Below are positions 54,624 to 64,000 of a stretch of 64,000 nucleotides of DNA, piece by piece (the stretch's first letter is position 1; each line of letters opens with the position of its first letter). A program made the position numbers and the translations under genes. The stretch lies in NCBI RefSeq assembly GCF_016433145.1, contig NC_058133.1, forward strand, positions 476,977,330-477,041,329, written 5' to 3'. The notes beneath the pieces are model-generated. The model ran no database searches. It saw only the letters and a list, made by a program, of their open reading frames with translations, and was not told where the DNA came from. This stretch comes from Gracilinanus agilis. Taxonomy: Eukaryota.

Positions 54624-54754
54624 NNNNNNNNNNNNNNNNNNNNNNNNNNNNNNNNNNNNNNNNNNNNNNNNNNNNNNNNNNNNNNNNNNNNNNNNNNNNN
54701 NNNNNNNNNNNNNNNNNNNNNNNNNNNNNNNNNNNNNNNNNNNNNNNNNNNNNN
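54624..54754. other. Assembly gap (N run)
   Basis: 131 consecutive N. Confidence 1.
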
Positions 54755-55156
54755 TTAATTCACAGATGTGTATGTGTAATAAATAAACATTTGCTTATTG
54801 ACTAATTGCTAACTCTAGCCCATGAGTACCTGAATTAATCCCCATAGAAAGAATGAGAAACAGACAGAGAGAGAGAGGTGAACTGCAAAACTTAAGGGCC
54901 CCTCTATTCTGGGGCCCTGATCAGTCATTTATTAAAATTAAATTTACTTTTTCAATGAACAAAAATTGATTTTCTCTCTCTCCTACCTCTTCCCCATTGG
55001 AAAAATGGAAGAAACCCCCCCAAAAAAGAAAGAAAAAGAAACCCTTTGTAACAAATATGACCAGTCAAGCAAAACAAATCCCTGCATTTTCCATGCCCCC
55101 CAAAACTCTCATTCTGCATGAGATCTTTACAGTTACAATTTAAAATAATCATCTCT

Positions 55157-55361
55157 GGGGCAGCTGGGTAGCTCAGTGGATTGGGAGCCAGGCTTAGAGA
55201 CGGGAGGTCCTAGGTTCAAACCCGGCTTCAGCCACTTCCCAGCTGTGTGACCCTGGGCAAGTCACTTGACCCCCATTGTCCGCCCTTACCACTCTTCCAC
55301 CTAGGAGCCAATACACAGAAGTTAAGGGTTTAAAATTAAAACAAAACAAAACAAAAAAAAC
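55157..55361 (+). mobile_element. SINE1_Mdo-like SINE (short-tail variant)
   Basis: Perfect 15-bp TSD aaaataatcatctct. (AAAAC)n tail. Confidence 0.92.
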
Positions 55362-56726
55362 AAAATAATCATCTCTGCCTCTTCTTCCCCCTTCTGTTTG
55401 GCACTTAGTAGAGATAATGAAGGGGGACATTCCAGGCACCTGTGTCTTTTAAGAGGCAGCTTCAGACAGGTGCTACATAAGTTAGGCTTTGGTTAATTGT
55501 TGACTGGGTGGTTTGACCAATTACTTATACTGAATGTAGTAGCATTTAAAGAACACCATCTTAAACCAAGGTCTAACTCCAAAAGACTTGGGTTTAAGAC
55601 CAAATTTTGCTACTTTCCACTTGGCCAATTTTGGCAGTCACTTTATCTCTTTGGGTCGCAACTCTCATCTGTAAAATTTGGTGATGGGGGTGGGGGTTTG
55701 AACTAGGTGACCTCTCAAGTCCCTGTTGACTGAGGCTCTGCATCCTCTGTGGGAGAAAGGATTCTGGTTGGGCTGGGGGACTTCTGAGGTACCTTTTAAC
55801 TCTGAGATCCTGTAACTGCATCCTTCTATTATACAATGCCTTAGAGGAGCCATCCAGAACATGGCCCAATTAGAAGGCTAAACTTATGCACAGATGGCCT
55901 GGGAGGAGTGCAGTGAGTAGAACAAGTAGGAATACACACTGGGTTCTACCTTAACTTTTTTTTGGAAGCATCTGATACCAAATCTACTGCTGTTGGGGAT
56001 GTAGGCAAGTTGGAGAGAGTTGGGGAATGAGAAAAACTTAAGTGTAATAAGGGGAGGAACTACTTAACATTGGCCATCTCTAACTCATACATTATCTGTG
56101 ACAGAGAATAGAATAAATGATTCTGACTTGGCCTGACCCTCTTGATATCTTATCTGCATACTTACTCCTCCTGCCACCATTTTCTATCACTTGACTCTCT
56201 TATATAGCATAAACTTCCTTCCTGTGTATGGTCATAGGTAATGAGGCAAAGAGAGGTAGGAGTTCTCTCTTAGGTAAGGGGTCCAAGTATGTGTTTCTTA
56301 TTTTACAGCTCTATCCTCTGACGTTAGCCTTTGGAGGCAAGTTGGGATAGAAGGAGGCCTAGAGTCTACAGTGGGCAGCAGGGCCAAGAGACCTACTGGG
56401 AATGGGGAGCCAGGAACAGATATTTCTCTTTTCCTTAGAATTTTCCCTATATTCCAATTCTAGCCCTCCATTTCCTGGGATAAAATTGTGCTTTCTAACC
56501 ACCTAGTCCTGATGCTAGGGCACCTTGGAGTTTGGGGTCCCAGCCATGGGAAGAGTCATAATCCAAGGCATGTACTCAGCGGCTATGATTGATTTAGACT
56601 AGCATGGCATTTTATATACAGTTGTGTAGAAAGAAAACATGGATTGGGAAAGGAATGGGTGTTTGTGCTATGGCTATCAAAAAAAAAAAACCCCAAACAA
56701 TTTTAGGTTGTATTAAGAAGGCATAG

Positions 56727-56915
56727 TGGGGGCACCTAGGTGACTCAGTGAATAGATCAAAGCCTAGAATGAGGAGGTCCTAGGTTCAAATTTGGCATCA
56801 TATATTTCCTAGCTATGTGACCCTGGGCAAGTCACTTGACCCCAATTGGCTTGCCCTTTCTGTTCTTCTGCCTCGGAACTGATACTTGTTATTGATTCTA
56901 AGACAGAAGGTAAGA
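56727..56915 (+). mobile_element. Older SINE1_Mdo-like SINE
   Basis: Diverged full-length copy. Confidence 0.8.
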
Positions 56916-56929
56916 GTTTGAGAGACAGA

Positions 56930-57400
56930 CAGACAGGCATCCATATTCAGGAATGGGGAAGTGCTAGTCCTGCTGTGATGTCTGTGGTTGGACTCTGATT
57001 AGATCCTTGTGTTTTGTTCTGGGTGCTCACTTGACAAATGGAGACTATCCTGAGGAAACCAGGGATGGTGAAGAACTTTAAAACCATGCCCAATCAGGAT
57101 CAATTGAAGGAACAGGGAATATTTATCTTGGAAAGGAGAGGACTTAGAGGAGATATGATAACAGTCCTTAGGTATTTCAAGGGTTATCATCTAGAAAGAG
57201 AAATTAGACTTTTTTCCCCCTTGAACTCAGAAGCAGGATCAAGGAAACATGAGTGAGTGGAAGTAGTAGAGAGAAAAAATTTTGACTTCATGTAAGGAAA
57301 ACAATGCCTAAAAATTAGAGCAAAAGTGGTGTGGCTACCTTGGGACAGTGGTTTCCCCTCACTTGAAGTCATTTGGAGGCTTGTTCCTTGTTCCTTCCCT
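56930..57400 (+). mobile_element. L3/CR1 3' fragment
   Basis: ttgaaggaacagggaatatttatcttggaaaggagaggacttagaggagatatgataacagtc is L3-like. Confidence 0.65.
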
Positions 57401-57649
57401 TTCAACTCTGAGATTCAGTGGCTTTATGACCAGGGAGAAGGAAGAGAACCATGAAAGCCAGATTTCCAACAAGCCAGGAATACTGATGGTAGTTTTTGGT
57501 GATAAGCCAGCCCAAACTTGGAATATTTTGATTGTTAAACTTCTCATTGTCAATTGTTTCCTCTATCCTTTTGGGGCTAGGAGAAGGAGGCTTTTGGTAG
57601 TTGGGATGCATGAGATTGCCTATTGGACACTTGAAACTGCATCTCTCAG

Positions 57650-58610
57650 GCACAGTTCAAACTCAACAAATATAACTCACTTTCCCCCCAAACCCACTTT
57701 CCCCCCTGATTTCCCTTATTACCGTACATTCATAAAAGGTGCCATCACACTACCAATAGCCTAGATCTGAAGCTTGGTGTTATCCCTGACTCTTTATTCT
57801 CCCTTACCCTATTTATGTGTATTATCTCAATGGCCTCCTAACTGGTTTGTTTATCTCAGGTTTCTCTCCTAGAGTGGCTTTTTTATCTGACTATGTCACT
57901 CTTCCACTCTGATGACTCCCTATTGCCTTTTGAATCAAATAGAAATTTCTGATTACATTTTTAAGGCTCATCACAATGTCTTGCCAGCCTTATGATACAC
58001 TAATCCCTCTCTTTCCCTCTGCAAACTGACTTGGTCTTTGTTCTCAAACTGTATGGTATCTCCTATCTCTGTACCTTTGCATTGGGTGTTCCCTACACCT
58101 GGAGTTCATGCCTCTTCCTCATTGCCTCAGAAAATTCTTCTCTCCTTTCAAGATCAGCTCTAACACCACTTTCTACATCAGGGGTTCTTGACTTATTTTG
58201 GATTGTAGACTTCTCTTTTTTATCAGTCTGGTGAGCCTGTGGATGCCTCAGAATGCATAAAATACAAAGAAAACCAATTATATTGAAATACAGTTTTCAA
58301 AATATTTTAAAAACTTCACAGACTTTAAGGTAACAGGTTAAGAATGGTTCTACGTGAAGCCTTTTCTCCCTCCTCTGCAGCTGCTAGCACTTTCTCTCCC
58401 TAATTCCTTGTATTTAATTACATTGTATTTATTTTCTTTATATTTAGTTTCTATGTGCATATTTGTATTTCTTGTCTTCTTTGATAGAACATAAACTCTT
58501 TGAGAGCAGAGATTATTTCCTTCTTTGTATTTATATATTTAGATTCCTGCACCTAAGACAGTGCCTGGCACATAGTCTGCACTTGATAAAAGCTTATTGC
58601 TTGATTGATT
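57650..58610 (+). mobile_element. L2 fragment
   Basis: Ends in the L2 3' motif cagtgcctggcacatag. Interrupted by a Charlie-like piece. Confidence 0.55.
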
Positions 58611-58617
58611 GACTTAC

Positions 58618-58761
58618 TTTTTTTTTTTTTAAACCCTTACCTTCAGTCTTAGAAGTGATATTAAGTGTCAAAGCTAGGAAATATATGAAGCCAGAATTTT
58701 AACTGGAGATCTCCCATCTCTAGGCCTGGCTCTCAAACCACTGAGCCAACTAGCTGCCCCC
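58618..58761 (-). mobile_element. Internally deleted SINE1_Mdo-like SINE
   Basis: Head and tail present, central core missing. Confidence 0.7.
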
Positions 58762-58829
58762 AATGAACTTACTTCTGAGGGTTGGGTACCACCTGGTAGA
58801 TGAGACTAATCTCTGCTTAATCTATAGAT

Positions 58830-61000
58830 AATAAGTTCTACATGTTATATTTTTAAAAATTCCTACTTGTCTGTACTTCTTTCTGTTCTCTCTTGTGCAT
58901 TTTAAAACATGCTTCAATACCTCCTTTTTTGTGTGTGTGTGTCACTTCTGATCCACTCTTCTCTCTCCCTTTTTGCCCTTACTCCCTTCTCTCTACTCAC
59001 CAGGGAAAAAAAAGAGAAAGGATAAGGGGAAAAAATAAGCACAGTCAAACAAAATGAATCCACACAATAGCCACATCCAAAAAATGCATTCCTTATTGCA
59101 TCTTGAATCCCATTCCTCTGTCAGAAAGTGCATCATCATAGGTCTTTGAGAGATGATTGATTAGAGTTCTTATATCTTTTAAAGTTGTTTTTCTTTGCAT
59201 TGTTTTTGTCCTTGTATAAATTGTTCTCCTGGTTCTCACATCACTGCATCAGTTCATACTACCCAGGATTCTTTGAATTGCCTCTTTTATCATTTCTTAC
59301 AGTGTAATAATATTCCATTACAGTCATATCTCACAGTTTGGTCAGCCACTCCCCAAGTGTTAGGCAGCTTCTTATGTTATTGTTTTTCTTTTTAATTCCT
59401 TTTTCAGGATTAGGAAATTTGTTTTATTTTCACCTGTTTCTTCTGATACTGTCTTCCCTCTTGACATCTCCATACCCTTTGTTTCCCTGATAAGTTTGAT
59501 GTATTTTTACACCAAACTATTAAGGCAATGTTCCTTTTCTTGTTTCAGGTAAAAGTGAAGTTCATTTGCTGCCTGTTCCCTTACTCCTTCCATATTTGTA
59601 TACTCTTCTCATGTAGCCTGATTATGAGAAATAGCAAGTTCCAACCCTTCTTCCAGCTTCCTGTATATCAATGTATTTATTCCTTTTAGCCTTCTTTTTG
59701 TTTGCCTCTTAAAATTCTCAGAACAGAACCAATCTTCCTCTACCCTTGTCTTGTGTTTTTTTTTTTCCATTTAACTCCCTCAATATTTTTTGAAGACTTT
59801 CAGGTTCTGAAGGGACACTTTTTTCTTCTCCCTTTATTTAAATAATACATCATACAGCCCCTTCCAATTGCTCAAATAATTATTATACCTTCTAGGTTTC
59901 TCTTGTTTTTACATTTCACAGAACCTATGTGGCTCTGATATGTTCATTAGAAATACTGTATTCCATTTCTCCCAATATCCTCACCCCCAAAGGATTATAT
60001 TCAGCTTTGGAAGCATAATTATTCTTGGTTGTAAACCTAGGTCTCTTGGAATATTATATTTAAAGATCTCTAATTATAGTAGAATCTGTGATCCTATAGT
60101 CTTTGACACTTAAACTTTCTTTTTTTTCTGGAGACTTGCAGTATTTTTTCTTTGTGGCAGTTTTCAATTTTGGCTATGATATTCCTGGGACTTGCTTTTG
60201 GGAGTAGGTGTTTGATGTACTCTATCTTAACTTTGTCCTCTGATTCTAATAGATCTGGAAATTTTGATTTATGATTTCTTAAAATATAGTGTTCAAAGTT
60301 TTTTTTTTTAAAAACCCGTATCTTCTGTCCTAAAATCTATACAAGTATATCCGTTCCAAAGTAGAAGAATGGTAAGGGCTAGGCAACTGGGGTCAAATGA
60401 TTTGCCCAGGGTCATATACCTGAACATGTCTGAGGCCAGATTTGAACCCAAGACCTCCTGTCTCCATACCTAGCACTCTAGCCATTGAACCTCTTAGCTG
60501 CCCTCCTCCCCACCCTATTTTTTTTTTAATTATGGTTTTCACAACCAATTATCTCTACTTAAATTGTTTTAATAGCAGTTTTTCTGATGTCAGATAGCTT
60601 ACATTTAATTCTATTTTTTTCAGCATTTTGATTTTGTTTTAATATTTCTTCCTATCTCCTGGGTTGACGGATTTCTATTTGAGGTGTTTTATTTTAAGAA
60701 GTCTATTATTTGGTTAAGGTTTTCCACTTTCTGTTCAAATTTATCTATTCTCCTTTTAATCCTTTCTTCCAGGGCTTTTATTTCATTTTTTTATCTCTTG
60801 CTTCATTTTTTCCTAGATATTCATATAGTCTTTGTGAAAAATACTTTTTTCTTTACTTAAAAAAAGAGTTGCTTTTGCAGTTGTAATAGACTTACTTCCT
60901 TCTTTTGGGGTTCTCTAGATCTACAATCATTTTTATGTGGGTCAAAGTTTTCTTTGGTTTAATGATCTCTTCTTAGTTCCTGAAATTAGGCCTTGCACCA
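58830..61000 (-). mobile_element. Old L1 fragments, interrupted by a SINE
   Basis: T-rich antisense L1 3' UTR-like sequence followed by more degenerate L1-like sequence. Confidence 0.55.
60300..60504 (-). mobile_element. SINE1_Mdo-like SINE
   Basis: Full-length antisense copy. Confidence 0.8.
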
Positions 61001-61455
61001 AGGAAGGGAGGAAACAAGCATTTATTAAGGCCAAGCTTTGCCCCAGCTATGCTTTAGGGTGAGGTTGGCCCTCTATAGCCTTACCCTGGGACATCTGGAT
61101 TCCTGTGATGACCTCTGGCTCTTGGGTTTAGGATTCCCCACTCTCACAACTCCCCCTTATATACTCTTTCCTCAAGGATCCTTGGAGTTGTGAGTATTGA
61201 ATCTTCAGGGCTTGGTCCTCACTCTGCAAGGAAGGTGGGGAAGGAGGGGATAGTCCCTTTAGCTCTTGCTGTCTTAGGTCACAAAGCTCTCCAAGGTACA
61301 TGTGTTGTTATTTCCACTGGGAAGGTACTGGCTTCATTGTCAATGCTGGTACTAGCCCTCTTGGTGGCTCTCTTTCCTATTTGTCATAAGCTTTTGGCTT
61401 ACTTTTTGTGCATTTCTAAGGAAGAAGTCACTTATTGGGGTATTTCATTCAGTTT

Positions 61456-61652
61456 TTAAAAAATCCTCTCCTTCTGTCTTAGAATCAATACAAGCATCAG
61501 TTCCAAGGCAGAAGAATGGTAAGGGCTAGGCAATTGGGGTTAAGTGACTTACCCAAGGTCACACAGTTGGGAAGTGTCTGAGGTCAGATTTGAACCCAGG
61601 TCCTTGTGACTCTAGACCTGACTGTTGATTCACTGCACCATCTAGCTGCCCC
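61456..61652 (-). mobile_element. SINE1_Mdo-like SINE
   Basis: Full-length antisense copy. Confidence 0.8.
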
Positions 61653-62196
61653 AAATTGATTTCTTGATCATTATTCAACCTACTGCAAATTTCAGGTTTC
61701 TGATGAAATAAGTGTGTGGGAATAGGGGTAGTCTGTCTTTATTTAGGCAGCCAACTTAGTCAGAAGGTTATGCCCATTTCTTAGAGCAAAGGTCCTTTGG
61801 TTAAGTCTCCCATCCTCATCTTGGTAACTAGATTAACTTCCCTGACTTTAGAGGGCAGAACTTAGGGTACCTATCTCCATAACTCATGCATCTTCTTCAG
61901 AGATTTCTACCCTTCTTCCTTATACTAGGAGCTACAGTAAACTGTGGGGATTTCATTCACTTTCTTGTTTAATTATAATAGCTGAAAATGTGCCTTAAAC
62001 AAAGTATTTTACAAACATTTTTGCTTTTGATCTTCACCACAACTTTGTTGTTGTTATAGACATTTATTATCTCTGTTTTATAGATGAGATGGGTTTCTGT
62101 AGCTGAGGAGAGAAGAAAGGCTCTTAATGTAAGGCAGATGTCATTTTGTGATGTAGATCCCTCTCTGTATCCACTGTGTCTAGGATATGAGTGCCC

Positions 62197-62409
62197 CCTT
62201 TCTTTTTTTTTTTTTTTAAAACCCTTACCTTCCATCTTGGAGTTAATATTGTGTATTGGCTCCAAGGCAGAAGAGTGATAAGGGTAGGCAATGGGGGTCA
62301 AATGACTTGCCCAGGGTCACACAGCTGGGAAGTGTCTGAGGCTATATTTGAACCTAGGACCTCCCATCTCTAGGCCTGGCTCTCAATCCACTGAGCTACC
62401 CAGCTGCCC
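62197..62409 (-). mobile_element. SINE1_Mdo-like SINE
   Basis: Full-length antisense copy with T tail. Confidence 0.9.
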
Positions 62410-62639
62410 ATCCCCCCCCTTTTTTTGAGGGATTTGGGGGCAGATAAGGAAAGATGCGTAGGAGGAAGGGTCTAATCAACCTAGGCTTTCACCCATACCA
62501 GTAAACACTTACCTCTTTGATAGGTCATAATATTACCAATTTAAAGCAGGAATGGGCTTTACTGATCATCTAGTTACATTTACTATCAAGGAAAATGAGG
62601 CCTAAGGAGGTCAAGTTACTTGCCCAAGGTCACAATCAG

Positions 62640-63440
62640 TCAATGAATTAACAAGCATTTATTAAGCATTTAGTAATACCAGGCAGGCACTGTGCTAGGT
62701 GCTGAAGATACAAAGAAAAAAGCAAAACCAGTCCCTGCTCTCAAGGAGCTGACATTCTAGTGGAGGAGATGACCTGTCCATAAATAGATACAAATATGAT
62801 TCTTCCAAAGGAGATTGAAAGTAATTTTGAAGGTAAGGAGCAAGCAACTGGAAAGACTTCCTGCAGAAGATGGGATGTGAATTGAGTCCTGAAGGAAGTC
62901 AAGGATTCTATATAGGCAGAAGCATGGAGGGGAGTGTGTCTTAGCATGGGAGACAGGCAGGGCAAAGTCTCAAAAGGAGGAGGGATGGAGTGTTATGTGT
63001 GAGGAAAAGCAAGTAGGCCAGGATGGCTAGACGTGAAGGAAAATCATGCAGAACACTGGAAAGGGAAGGCCAAGTTCTGAAGAGCTTTAAGTGCTGAAGA
63101 AGACTTTATATTTGATCTTCGAATTAATAGGAAGCTACTGGATTTTATTGAGAAGAGGAATCAACTGGCCAGTGGTATGCTTTAGGAAGATCACTTTGGC
63201 AGCTGGGTTGCAGATGGATTAGAGTGGGGAGAGCCAAGGCAGGGAGACCATCTAGCAGGCTATTTGAGTAGTTCAGGTGAGATGTGATGAAAGCCTCATT
63301 TAGGGTGTAGTTGTGTGGATGGAGAGAAGGTGTCAGATATGAGAGATTTTTGTGGCAGTAAAAATGACAGTATTGGGAAACTGATTGGATATATGATGTG
63401 AGGGAGAAGAAGAAGAGAACATGCAGATTGTAAACCTGGG
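62640..63440 (-). mobile_element. L2 fragment
   Basis: aacaagcatttattaagc...ggcactgtgctaggtgctgaagatacaaag is an antisense L2 3' end. Confidence 0.65.
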
Positions 63441-63789
63441 TGGTCTAAACATATTATTTGGTAAAGCTGAATTTGGACCCAGATCTCCTGAATCTAATTC
63501 CAGTATTGTTTCCAACCCATCATGCTGCCTCCCCATTTATAGCTTTCTTTTCTTTTTTTTTTTCTGCTTCCAAATTAATCCAGAGAGAATAACTGCTTTA
63601 AATCCCCAGGTTCCTCCTTGTTTTGGTGCTGGGGATACAAAGAAAAAGCAAAATCAGCCTCTTCTTTGCTCCTAAGTCAAGGCTTGGCTTTCTATCCACT
63701 GAGCTGCCTCTTTTGGGAGGGTCTTGTTAAGCTCAAGATAAGGGTCATTCTGGAATGAGTAATGAGAGGGTGAGCATCACTGTCCTTTT

Positions 63790-64000
63790 TTAAAATTTTC
63801 AAGTTAATTTTTTTATTATTTTTTAAATTTTATTTAATTGATTAATTAAGGAAAATTTCCCATGGTTACATGATTCATGTTCTTTCCCTCCCCTCCTCCC
63901 ACCCCTCTCCTGTAGTCAATGTGCAATTCACTGGGTTTTACAAGTGTCATTGATCAAGACCTATTTCCATATTATTGATATAGCCTCACTGTTCTTAAAG
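63790..64000 (-). mobile_element. L1 3' end (runs off the window)
   Basis: T-rich tail then catggttacatgattcatg...ccctcccctcc...cactgggttttacaagtgtc, typical of opossum L1 3' ends. Confidence 0.7.

Noticed and set aside
55400-64000. Expected neighbours LINGO4/RORC (and CELF3 at the left end)
   Set aside because: No matching coding sequence was found. These stretches are almost entirely repeat-derived.

Overview
Marsupial genomic DNA, probably a didelphid opossum; this is inferred from SINE1_Mdo-like, MAR1-like, MIR, L1, L2 and L3 repeats. The window holds four intact spliced genes in the same order as human 1q21.3: RIIAD1 (+, 92 aa), MRPL9 (-, 244 aa), OAZ3 (+) and TDRKH (-, 570 aa). All exon chains were rebuilt by hand with GT-AG boundaries and consistent phases. 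The standout is OAZ3 (antizyme 3), which carries two recoding signals. The first is a candidate CUG start (29299) that adds 48 codons ahead of the first AUG. The second is a TCC-TGA-G site (29849-29855), where a 78-codon ORF1 stops and the antizyme domain continues only in the +1 frame. Both are known in eutherian OAZ3, so their presence here extends them to a marsupial rather than revealing a new system. Other points of interest are a sense-oriented solo LTR in MRPL9 intron 5, a RIIAD1 CpG island that appears built from MIR relics, RFX X-boxes, a phased CCAAT array at TDRKH, and several hAT MITEs with 8-bp target duplications. There is an assembly gap at 54624-54754. Human comparisons are from memory, and repeat family names and repeat boundaries are approximate.
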